A stretch of DNA of 32,000 nucleotides, from contig CAVTWA010000005.1 in NCBI GenBank assembly GCA_963738025.1, positions 192,502 to 224,501 of the forward strand, written 5' to 3'. A program made the position numbers and the translations under genes. Below the pieces are notes generated by a model, which searched no databases, was not told the DNA's origin, and saw only the letters and a program-made list of their open reading frames with translations. This DNA comes from an uncultured Acidobacteriota bacterium. Lineage in GTDB: Bacteria > Acidobacteriota > Terriglobia > 20CM-2-55-15. Positions within the stretch are counted from its first letter, which is position 1; every line of letters begins with the position of its first letter. This document shows positions 8,883 through 16,782 of this stretch, in pieces.

Positions 8883-9563
8883 TCAAGCCATCTTAACAAA
8901 CTGAAGTCCTGCATCCTTCCAGCGCGGCAACCAGAACGCCAGAGCGTCCAACATATGGCTCCGGTTGGTGTTAGACGTCCGATGATCGCCGTCGTGAAGA
9001 AGAATAATGTCTCCTGTCCGAACCTTTTGCAGCCGCCGCCGCATGTCGTGGCCGGACTGAGGCTTCCAGTCGCGTCCGTTAACCGACCACATCACGATTT
9101 TGGAGAAGCCAGCGCGTTGCGCTGCCCGGAAAAACTGCGGCCCCCGGAAACCGTAGGGAGGCCGGACGCACTCCGTGCGTTTCCCGGTCGCCTGGAAAAC
9201 AGCTTCATCGCAGCGGTTCAATTCGTCGACGATCCGGCGCGTACTGAAGAACACCAGGCTGCGATGCCCGAACGTATGATTCCCGATGGCGTGATTTCGA
9301 GCGGTAATCTCTGACGCCAGGTTCGGATATTGGCGGACGTACTTCCCCAGAACAAAGAATGTTGCCTGGATCTGGTGCTTCTCCAGAAGCGCCAGAATGC
9401 GAGGAGTCACTTGCGGGTTCGGCCCGTCATCAAACGTCAGGGCGCAGCTGCTACCCGCCCGCCGCACGACCTTGCCGAATATCTGGGATCTCGGGTGAAA
9501 CGTTCCCCAGGCCGCCAGCCCTCCACCAGCCACCGCCGGCAGTATGATCTCCGCTGCATTCAC
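8883..9563 (-). CDS. Polysaccharide deacetylase family protein (CE4 / NodB homology domain)
   Basis: 226-aa ORF with a GTG start at 9563. It carries NodB motifs: ALTFDDGPNP (TFDDG), HAIGNHTFGH (HxxxH) and RPPYG. Its stop lies 6 nt upstream of the adaptor ATG. Confidence 0.8.
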   Translation of the reverse strand: MNAAEIILPAVAGGGLAAWGTFHPRSQIFGKVVRRAGSSCALTFDDGPNPQVTPRILALLEKHQIQATFFVLGKYVRQYPNLASEITARNHAIGNHTFGHRSLVFFSTRRIVDELNRCDEAVFQATGKRTECVRPPYGFRGPQFFRAAQRAGFSKIVMWSVNGRDWKPQSGHDMRRRLQKVRTGDIILLHDGDHRTSNTNRSHMLDALAFWLPRWKDAGLQFVKMA

Positions 9564-9583
9564 ACTGGCATTGTAAAGCCGTT

Positions 9584-9668
9584 CCGATAAATTCGGGGAC
9601 GGTTGCCTAAATCACCTAAATTGCGGAGCAATTTAGGTGATTTAGGCAACCGTCCCCGAATTTATCGG
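9584..9668. repeat. Palindromic repeat family A, perfect copy (41-nt arms, 3-nt centre)
   Basis: The left arm CCGATAAATTCGGGGACGGTTGCCTAAATCACCTAAATTGC (9584-9624) is the exact reverse complement of the right arm (9628-9668), with centre gga. The right arm contains the hpnE stop codon (9662-9664). It fills the gap between hpnE and the deacetylase gene. Confidence 0.95.
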
Positions 9669-11032
9669 GCGAACCACCGCGCCAGGCCGCTCGGGGGCAG
9701 ATCTGGTTTAACCAGGGATACCCGCCGACCCTCCATATCGAGAATGGCTTCCGCGGCCCGGTAACCACTTCGCACAGCGCCTTCCATGGTTGCCGGCCAG
9801 CCCGTCTGTGTCCAATCACCCGCGAGCAACAGATTACGAACTGATGTGGTCGTCTGGGGACGCCAACGGTCACAATCTGGTTCGGGCGAAAACGTGGCCG
9901 TATTTTCTCGAATGACTACTGAACGCAGCAGCCGGGCCTTGCGAACTGCTGGCAGCAATTCACCCAATTCGCGCAGGCAAACGTCGACGACATCTTGCTG
10001 CGAACGATCCGACAAACTACGTGAGGCGCTGATCACAATCTGCAGGTATTCGCCGGCCCTTTTGTTAAAAATCCACTGGATCGTCTGGTCCACGGATGTC
10101 AGAAACGGTTCTGTCATCACGCTGCCTGAGAACCACAAGTGAACACCGGTTATCGGTGACATGCGCAGCTGCTGGACTTTCGCGAACAGGGGGTCACGCT
10201 GCAGATGTTCGGGAAGGAGTTTCATCAGCCTGTCGGCTGTTACGGCAGCGACATAATAGTCGGCTTCCAGAACGCTACCGTCATCGAGCTTGATACCGGA
10301 CACTATTTCCTTAGCGTGGATTTCGGCTATTCCGCACCGCATTCGAACCTGCCCTCCGTTTTGACAGATCCGGTCCCCGCCGGAAGCGTAAAGATCCGCC
10401 AGCGGAACGGATGGAATGCCCATGGCAAATCCCTTCCGGTTGGCTAAAAAGGCTTTCCAGAACACGTCGATACCGTAGCCGGCATCAATGTGATCGAGTT
10501 CCTCGTTCAGCGCGCTGACGAGAACTGTCCGCCAGAAGCGATCAATCGCTTGACGTGTCTGTTTCTGGCGGCGCAGCCAGTCCATCATACTGAGCGTCTC
10601 AGGGAGGCGGGGACGGCCTCCGCTCAGTAGAATCCGCATCAGCGCGCTTGCGATTCCGAGTTTGTCGCGCCAGCTCAGTAGCGAAAATCTAGCGAATGAA
10701 GCGGACAAATGGAATGGTGCGGGAAGAGCAGCGGGCCGCATTTCGGCGCGACGGCCCGTGGAATCCGCGAAGAACAAGGTTTCGTTATATGTAATTTTCG
10801 CCAAGACGCCGATGCGGAAGTAGAAATCCTCCAGGTTCGTGCAGCAGCGAAGGGTGACATGCTGACAGTTGTCGATGTGCTCGTCCCCTTGAAGGACATA
10901 AGACGTTGCCCGGCCACCCAATCGCGGAGAGCGCTCGAACAAAGAAATCCGGCATCCCGCATCTGCTAATGCTGTAGCTGCAGAGAGGCCGGCCAGGCCG
11001 CCTCCGATGACGATTACGTGTGGCGGGGGCAC
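9662..11032 (-). CDS. hpnE: Hydroxysqualene dehydroxylase / squalene-associated FAD-dependent desaturase HpnE
   Basis: The track ORF 9662-11326 has an N-terminal extension lying inside hpnD. The plausible start is GTG 11032 (VPPPHVIVIGGGLAGLSAATALADAGCRISLFERSPRLGGRA, a GxGxxG FAD fold). It has an amine-oxidase-like C-terminus (LLLAGDWTQTGWPATMEGAVRSG) and follows hpnC-hpnD. Confidence 0.85.
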   Translation of the reverse strand: MPPPHVIVIGGGLAGLSAATALADAGCRISLFERSPRLGGRATSYVLQGDEHIDNCQHVTLRCCTNLEDFYFRIGVLAKITYNETLFFADSTGRRAEMRPAALPAPFHLSASFARFSLLSWRDKLGIASALMRILLSGGRPRLPETLSMMDWLRRQKQTRQAIDRFWRTVLVSALNEELDHIDAGYGIDVFWKAFLANRKGFAMGIPSVPLADLYASGGDRICQNGGQVRMRCGIAEIHAKEIVSGIKLDDGSVLEADYYVAAVTADRLMKLLPEHLQRDPLFAKVQQLRMSPITGVHLWFSGSVMTEPFLTSVDQTIQWIFNKRAGEYLQIVISASRSLSDRSQQDVVDVCLRELGELLPAVRKARLLRSVVIRENTATFSPEPDCDRWRPQTTTSVRNLLLAGDWTQTGWPATMEGAVRSGYRAAEAILDMEGRRVSLVKPDLPPSGLARWFAR

Positions 11033-11904
11033 AGTCCCGATTTCCAGAGGCCGGCGCCTGCGCGCAGCATAATCCAGGCTTTTGCCAGTCCGGACAATCC
11101 GGGATGAGGCTGAGCAAGCACGTCGTAATGAATCGATTCTATTTTTGCGAGAATTCCACTGTAAATTCTCATCAACGTCCAGAGAGCTGCCTGGCTGTCG
11201 CGATCGATCAACTGCAACAACTGGACTCCCTCGTCGTATAACCCCCAGGCACGATCGGCCTCGAATCGCATCAGTTGTACGAATGCGGGGCTGGCAACGG
11301 CCCGCGAGAGGTCTTGAGAGCTGCAACCGAACCGCTTTAGATCTTCCTGAGGAAGATAAATTCGCCCCATCGAATAATCTTCCGCGATATCCCGAAGAAT
11401 GTTCGTTAATTGAAAAGCGATTCCAAGCTTCGGCGCCAGATCGAGAGCTTTACGATCTGAAAATCCGAAGACGTGCACACAACACAAGCCAACCGTTCCG
11501 GCTACGCAATAGCAGTAGCGGCTCAAATCTTCGAAGGTCTCATAGGTACGGATGCCGAGATCCATCTCGGTCCCAGACATCAGATCGTGAAAATACTGTG
11601 GAGGAATCTTATACCGCTGGATCGTATCGTGGAACGCAATCAAGAGCTGGTTATTGTTGTAGTTTCCCTGAAGCGCCTGGTCCAGAGCATTGCGCCATGC
11701 CTTTAATCCTTTGCCCTTTTCGCTTACTTCGCCTTCCGCGTCGGAGATGTCATCGGCTCGCCGCATGAACGCATAGAGCGCGCACAGCGCGTCGCGCTTC
11801 GCGGCAGGCAGCAAGGCGAAACCGTAATAAAAATTACGCGCTGCGGCCCACGCGAGGTTGCGACAATGCTCGTAAGAAGCTGCCAATTCGGTAGCGTTTG
11901 GCAT
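11014..11904 (-). CDS. hpnD: Presqualene diphosphate synthase HpnD (squalene/phytoene synthase family)
   Basis: 296-aa ORF with ATG at 11904. It has Asp-rich motifs (YAFMRRADDISD and NILRDIAEDYSMGRIYLP) and the YCYCVAGTVG motif typical of trans-isoprenyl diphosphate synthase head-to-head enzymes. Confidence 0.85.
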   Translation of the reverse strand: MPNATELAASYEHCRNLAWAAARNFYYGFALLPAAKRDALCALYAFMRRADDISDAEGEVSEKGKGLKAWRNALDQALQGNYNNNQLLIAFHDTIQRYKIPPQYFHDLMSGTEMDLGIRTYETFEDLSRYCYCVAGTVGLCCVHVFGFSDRKALDLAPKLGIAFQLTNILRDIAEDYSMGRIYLPQEDLKRFGCSSQDLSRAVASPAFVQLMRFEADRAWGLYDEGVQLLQLIDRDSQAALWTLMRIYSGILAKIESIHYDVLAQPHPGLSGLAKAWIMLRAGAGLWKSGLCPRHT

Positions 11905-12784
11905 AAGTTAGACCCAAAAGACGAAGCTTGGCCCTGCCGCTGAGGGCCGGCCGGATTCGCAGAGTGTTGTAGCCAATGGATTCGATCGCGTCAAGTACGG
12001 CGAGGCCACCCTGGCTGAACAACTCGATATCGACGCGCAGTCCGCCGTCGACTTTTCCCACTAACGGCAAACCTTGTGCAAACAGTGCGCGTGTGCGGAA
12101 GACGAGTTCGCGCATCAATACCTCATACCGCTCGTCGAATTCTTTGTTGAACAGGTCGGTTTCCGTCAATCCATATGCATGCAGCAGATCGAGCGGAATG
12201 TAGATACGGTCCTTATCCAGATCCCGTGCCACATCCTGCCAGAAGTTTGCCAGTTGAAGCGCAGTGCAGGTGAAATCCGATAGTGTCTGCCGCTCCTGGT
12301 CGCGATATCCACCTAAATAGAGCACAAGACGGCCGACCGGGTTTGCCGAGTACCGGCAATAGTCTGCCACCGCGTCCCAATTGGCGTAGCGACGCGTTGT
12401 TTGATCGCGGCGGAACGCCGTAAGCAGATCTTCAAATGGTTGTTTCGGAATGCTGAAAGAGTCGATTGTACGGTGGAGTGCAACGAACACTGCATGGTCT
12501 GGAGAGCCGTCATAGCACCGTTGCAGCCCGTCTCCCCACCAGTTCAGCAGCTCCATGGCGGCTTTCGGATCGGAAATTTCGTCAGCGAGATCATCCGCCC
12601 ACCGGCAATATGCGTAAACGTTGTAAAAGTGTTGCCGGAGATGCCGCGGCAACAGGTAGCTGGCGACCGTGAAATTTTCGTAGTGATGCTTAGCGAGCCA
12701 GCGGGTGTACTCCTGCGCCGACTTCAGCGACGCCCCGGATGGCGGCAAGCGGCGGGCAATCTCGAAATCTGGAGGTAGTTTCAT
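11834..12784 (-). CDS. hpnC: Hydroxysqualene synthase HpnC (squalene/phytoene synthase family)
   Basis: The track ORF begins at TTG 12793; the ATG at 12784 gives MKLPPDFEIARRL... It has motifs YAYCRWADDLADE, YCRYSANPVGRL and NFWQDVARDLDKDRIYIP. Its 3' end overlaps the hpnD start by 71 nt. Confidence 0.85.
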   Translation of the reverse strand: MKLPPDFEIARRLPPSGASLKSAQEYTRWLAKHHYENFTVASYLLPRHLRQHFYNVYAYCRWADDLADEISDPKAAMELLNWWGDGLQRCYDGSPDHAVFVALHRTIDSFSIPKQPFEDLLTAFRRDQTTRRYANWDAVADYCRYSANPVGRLVLYLGGYRDQERQTLSDFTCTALQLANFWQDVARDLDKDRIYIPLDLLHAYGLTETDLFNKEFDERYEVLMRELVFRTRALFAQGLPLVGKVDGGLRVDIELFSQGGLAVLDAIESIGYNTLRIRPALSGRAKLRLLGLTYAKRYRIGSFLRALSQPRVGRSA

Positions 12785-12813
12785 TTCACGCAACCAAAGA
12801 ATTTACCCATGGC

Positions 12814-12888
12814 AATTTGGGGACGGTTGCCTAAATGACCTAAATTGCGGTGCAAATTTAGGTCATTCAGGCAACCGTCCCCGAATTT
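12814..12888. repeat. Palindromic repeat family A, imperfect copy (intergenic ADH-hpnC)
   Basis: The sequence is aatttGGGGACGGTTGCCTAAATGACCTAAATTGCggtGCAAATTTAGGTCATTCAGGCAACCGTCCCCgaattt. It keeps the same core as 9584-9668 with a few substitutions and one indel. The C:G pair of copy 1 (9613/9639) is G:C here (12837/12864). The element ends at the stop codon of the upstream dehydrogenase (12888-12890). Confidence 0.9.
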
Positions 12889-13922
12889 CAGGGCATGACG
12901 GCGACCTTGAGCTGTCCGTTCCGGTTCTTCATATGTTCGAAGACCTGCGGCAGTTCGCTCAACGGAACTTCCCCTGTCACAAAATCCTTCGCGCTGACTT
13001 CACGGCGAGCGATGAGATCGAGAGCTTCGCGTATGAAACGCGGTGTGTGGTGGAAGCTGGATTTGATCGTAATTTCCGAATAATGCACTGCCGAGGCTTC
13101 CAACTCGACCTTGGTTCCACGGGGACATCCGCCAAACAAGTTTATTGCACCCCCGCGCCGGACCATCTGCAGAGCCCATTGCCAGGTCATTGCCGAGCCC
13201 ACGGCCTCAATGACCGAGTCAGCGCCGAACCGCCGGTAGGTGAAGTCCCGAACAGCCGAAACCGGATCGTCGATTTTCGAGATATCCCAGGCTGCGGAAG
13301 CTCCCAGCCGTTCGGCAGCCTTGATTTGACTGCTGCGCTTGCCTAACGCGATTACGTGCGCGCCACGGCTGGACAGCACACGGACGAACTGTAAACCAAT
13401 CGGGCCGCACCCGATGACGACGGCGGTGTCACCAGACTGGATGCCCGTTTCGTCGACAGCCCGGAGCACGCACGCGAGCGGTTCGACGAGAGCGGCTTCA
13501 ATAAAGTCGAGGTGATGTGGTATTTCAATCAGATTCTCGCGCACGATCCGTGCAGGGATCAATGCGTATTCGGCATAAGCGCCGTTGTTGAAAACCAGAT
13601 CTTCGCAGAGATTCGCCTTATCTTTGCGGCAGAAGAAACACTCGTTGCAAGGAGCCGAATTTGCGGCTACAACCCGCATGCCCAGCGGGTACTTGTCGCG
13701 GACGGCATGACCCGCGTCGGCAACGATACCGGAAAGTTCATGTCCGAAGATTGCCGGCGGCACGATCATCCGGGCGTGATAGCCCTGCTTCCAGACTTTG
13801 AAATCCGTTCCGCAGGTCAGAGCCACTTTGACCTGGACCAGAAGGTCCTCCGCTCCGACAGTCGGAACCGCCACCTTTTGAATTTTTAGATCTTCTCGAC
13901 CGTGCAGGACGGCCGCCATCAT
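12888..13922 (-). CDS. Zinc-dependent medium-chain alcohol/polyol dehydrogenase (MDR family), copy 2
   Basis: The track ORF 12888-14096 overlaps the upstream gene. The likely start is ATG 13922 (MMAAVLHGREDLKIQKVAVP...). It has the catalytic-zinc motifs LTCGTD and FGHELSG, the structural-zinc motif CNECFFCRKDKANLC (CxxCxxCx7C) and the Rossmann motif GCGPIG. Confidence 0.85.
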   Translation of the reverse strand: MMAAVLHGREDLKIQKVAVPTVGAEDLLVQVKVALTCGTDFKVWKQGYHARMIVPPAIFGHELSGIVADAGHAVRDKYPLGMRVVAANSAPCNECFFCRKDKANLCEDLVFNNGAYAEYALIPARIVRENLIEIPHHLDFIEAALVEPLACVLRAVDETGIQSGDTAVVIGCGPIGLQFVRVLSSRGAHVIALGKRSSQIKAAERLGASAAWDISKIDDPVSAVRDFTYRRFGADSVIEAVGSAMTWQWALQMVRRGGAINLFGGCPRGTKVELEASAVHYSEITIKSSFHHTPRFIREALDLIARREVSAKDFVTGEVPLSELPQVFEHMKNRNGQLKVAVMP

Positions 13923-13942
13923 GTGCCCGTTGCGAGCAGTCC

Positions 13943-15043
13943 TCACGGCAGAATCACCAGCTTCAGAGAACTGTCTGCGGGATGGGATGCCATCGCAAAA
14001 GCCTGCTCGACCTCGTTGAGTGAAAAACGATGAGTAACAAGTTCGTTCAGAAGAACGTGATTGTCGAAAACAAGGCGCGCCGATTCCTCCTGACAATCAA
14101 CTGCTGCACTGTAGCTGCCAAGAATCTCTTTTTCTTCCACTCCGACGGCCGCTCCTGGAAATTGAATCTGCGTTACCGGATCGTTTTGCGCAAATAAGAG
14201 TACCCGTCCACCGGGCCGTGCAAGGTCCAGTGCGACGGGAACGAGCTTCGCATCCGCCACCGCCAGCAGTACGGCATCGGCCCCTATACCACTGCGCCGC
14301 TTGCGAATTTCTGCGGCGGCATTCGAAGCCGCAGGATCCAGACACGCTTCGGCGCCGAAACGCACACTCATCTGCCGGCGAAAGGGCAGCGGGTCGCTGG
14401 CAAATACCGTAGCGCCCGCTGCGCGGGCTAAAAACGTCAGTAAAAGACCCACAGGGCCTTGTCCGATGACAAAGACGACCTCTCCTGGCGCGACACGCGC
14501 TTTCCGGACTGCTTTCAGGCAGGTGTTTACTGGTTCGACGAAGATGGCTTCCTGAAAGCTCACATCGTCCGGTATCGTCACCACACCGCGATTGACGATA
14601 TGCGGCATTACCCGCACGTATTCGGCAAAGCCGCCGCCATTCGGATCAAACCCGGCTGTGACGCCGGTATTTTTGTATTGAGTACACTGAGAGAACAATT
14701 GTCGATCGCAGTAAAAGCAATTTTCACATGGAATGTGATGAAAGCTGATCACGCGATCACCAATGGACCACCGCTCAACACCCGCTCCAACCTGCACGAT
14801 GCTGCCGGCGATCTCGTGGCCAAAAATCTGCGGTGGTTTGACAAGGTCATGCCGCACTTTCTTGACGTCTGTTCCGCAGATGCCGCAAGCCGCAACCCGA
14901 ATGAGAATCTCACCCGTTCCAACCACGGGCACCGGCACGGTTTCGAGGCCGATCCGGCCTTTGCCGCGATATACGCCCGCCCGCATTTCGTTCGGAATCA
15001 GAACCGGGGATTCGGGTGGCGCTGTCTGCACTCGAGTACTCAT
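13943..15043 (-). CDS. Zinc-dependent medium-chain alcohol/polyol dehydrogenase (MDR family), copy 1
   Basis: 366-aa ORF with motifs ACGICGTD, FGHEIAG, CENCFYCDRQLFSQC (CxxCxxCx7C) and GQGPVG. Its ATG (15043-15041) overlaps the hpnG stop (15042-15040) as ATGA. Confidence 0.85.
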   Translation of the reverse strand: MSTRVQTAPPESPVLIPNEMRAGVYRGKGRIGLETVPVPVVGTGEILIRVAACGICGTDVKKVRHDLVKPPQIFGHEIAGSIVQVGAGVERWSIGDRVISFHHIPCENCFYCDRQLFSQCTQYKNTGVTAGFDPNGGGFAEYVRVMPHIVNRGVVTIPDDVSFQEAIFVEPVNTCLKAVRKARVAPGEVVFVIGQGPVGLLLTFLARAAGATVFASDPLPFRRQMSVRFGAEACLDPAASNAAAEIRKRRSGIGADAVLLAVADAKLVPVALDLARPGGRVLLFAQNDPVTQIQFPGAAVGVEEKEILGSYSAAVDCQEESARLVFDNHVLLNELVTHRFSLNEVEQAFAMASHPADSSLKLVILP

Positions 15044-15750
15044 CGCAATATCGGCTCCGCCGCAATCCGATAACTCTTTTCATTCGACATGAGAAATTTC
15101 ACATAGCGATCCAGAAAACCCGCCAGGTTGCGGATTGCTGCAGAACTGCCGACGCCGAACCTGACGAAATCCGGCAAACGCGCCGGGTGCTTTAATAATT
15201 CCGTGATCATGCTTATCCATGCCAATTCTCCGCGATCGGTTACGGTCTTGCTGAAGTCGATCGGAAGCTTTTGCTCCGGGGAATCCGAAATCGTCCGGAT
15301 TGCAACAGCCGGGACGCCGGCACGCTGTGCTTCGGTGAGCACGTGGAAGCTTTCCATGTCCACAGCGTCGGCCGCCTGAGCGATTTCCGCCCGTTCGGTT
15401 GCGGAATTTGCGATAGCGGCTGAAGTGAAGAAAAAATCCAAGGGTTTTGCGCCACAACGAACTGCAGCATCGATCAGACCTCCGTCTCCAGGAATGACCG
15501 TCTTTTTGCCTGCAGCTCTGACGCCCCGAGCGACGGTGATCGTGCCGACGCGGTTTTCACTTTTCAGGCTGCCCGCCAGGCCGGATGCAATGCACACATC
15601 GACACCGCGAGCGAGGGCTTGCCGGAGTTCGACTGGCGAGCGGCGCATTCCGATACCTGTTAAAACCACTTGAATGTCTTCAGTCAGTTCTGCAGGTCCG
15701 CGCCAGTCGCGCATCTCCGATCGAACCGCGAACGTTACTAAAATCTTCAT
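15040..15750 (-). CDS. hpnG: Hopanoid-associated phosphorylase/nucleosidase HpnG (PNP/UDP family)
   Basis: The track ORF starts at TTG 15765; the ATG at 15750 gives MKILVTFAVRSEM... It shows PNP_UDP-like segments (VCIASGLAGSL, DAVDMESFHV, VAIRTISD). It sits between hpnA and the dehydrogenases, downstream of hpnH. Confidence 0.7.
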   Translation of the reverse strand: MKILVTFAVRSEMRDWRGPAELTEDIQVVLTGIGMRRSPVELRQALARGVDVCIASGLAGSLKSENRVGTITVARGVRAAGKKTVIPGDGGLIDAAVRCGAKPLDFFFTSAAIANSATERAEIAQAADAVDMESFHVLTEAQRAGVPAVAIRTISDSPEQKLPIDFSKTVTDRGELAWISMITELLKHPARLPDFVRFGVGSSAAIRNLAGFLDRYVKFLMSNEKSYRIAAEPILR

Positions 15751-15771
15751 GCGAGTCTTTTTCAACCTGGC

Positions 15772-16782
15772 TCAGGCTGCCCCGCGATTTGCGCCACGCG
15801 TGACGTAGCCATTATCGACATACCAGCGCGCTGCGCGCTCTAAAGCAGCGTCCACGCTGCCGGCTGAGAAGCCAAGTTCGCGCTGGGCGAGCGAACAATC
15901 GACAAACATTTTGTGCCGTGACATGCGAACACCTTCCAGAGGAATCCGGGGTTCGCGCCCCGTTAACGAGCAGAATATGTTTTCTGCAAAGCCCGCGGCC
16001 AGTGCAGCCGCGTACGGCATCTTTAGACGCGGAGCACGGCGGTTGGTGGCTGCAGCGAGCGAATCCAGAATCTGCTTCAGGCTCATGTTCCTGCCGCCGA
16101 GGATGTACCGTTGTCCAATGCGGCCGTGCTGGAGCGCCTGCCAATGGCCTGCCGCCACGTCCTCAACGGCGACGATGTTCATACCCGTATCGACATACGC
16201 GGGCATGCGACCGTTTAAAAAGTCTAGGATAATGCGACCGGTTGGTGTGGGCTTCCAATCGCAAGGTCCTACGGGCGTTGTCGGATTGACGACGACAGCA
16301 GGAAAACCCCTGGCCGCGGCTTCCAGGACGGCTTCTTCGGCCAGCAGTTTGGATTTCTTGTAGTGGCCGATCATGTCGTCGACAGTCGCCTTTGTCCTTT
16401 CGTCCGGCAGACTCTGTGAGTGCGGGACTGCTATCGTCCCGACCGTGCTGGTGTATATGAACCGCTCAACTCCGGCACTGCGGGCGGCCGCGATCAGATT
16501 GTTTGTACCCAGAAGGTTGCTCTCGTAAAGTTCATTGGCATCTCTGGACCACAGGCGATAGTCGGCTGCCACATGAAACACATGGCTGACGCCCTTGAGC
16601 GCCTGATCCAGAGAAGACTGGTTGCGCAGGTCTCCTTCGAACGCTTCAACAGGTAAATCCCGAATGAAACGGCGTTCACTTGTGCGACGAACGAGAACGC
16701 GGACGTCCCTTGTTTTCTCAACAAGCAAGCGCGTCACATGCAATCCGACAAATCCCGTCGCACCGGTGACTAATGTCGCCAT
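15772..16782 (-). CDS. hpnA: Hopanoid-associated NAD-dependent sugar epimerase/reductase HpnA (SDR, extended family)
   Basis: The track ORF is 15772-16833. The likely start is ATG 16782 (MATLVTGATGFVGLHV, a GxxGxxG motif), which overlaps the hpnH stop as ATGA. It has the YxxxK motif (HYKKSK) and resembles dihydroflavonol-reductase-like SDRs. Confidence 0.8.
   Translation of the reverse strand: MATLVTGATGFVGLHVTRLLVEKTRDVRVLVRRTSERRFIRDLPVEAFEGDLRNQSSLDQALKGVSHVFHVAADYRLWSRDANELYESNLLGTNNLIAAARSAGVERFIYTSTVGTIAVPHSQSLPDERTKATVDDMIGHYKKSKLLAEEAVLEAAARGFPAVVVNPTTPVGPCDWKPTPTGRIILDFLNGRMPAYVDTGMNIVAVEDVAAGHWQALQHGRIGQRYILGGRNMSLKQILDSLAAATNRRAPRLKMPYAAALAAGFAENIFCSLTGREPRIPLEGVRMSRHKMFVDCSLAQRELGFSAGSVDAALERAARWYVDNGYVTRGANRGAA

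Noticed and set aside
11033-11326. N-terminal ~97-aa extension of the hpnE track ORF (9662-11326)
   Set aside because: The extension lies entirely within hpnD in another frame, is Arg/Ser-rich, and precedes the canonical GxGxxG N-terminus. The GTG at 11032 is a more plausible start.
13923-14096. N-terminal 58-aa extension of the second dehydrogenase ORF (12888-14096)
   Set aside because: It overlaps the 3' end of the upstream dehydrogenase in another frame. The MDR fold begins at MMAAVLHGRE (ATG 13922).
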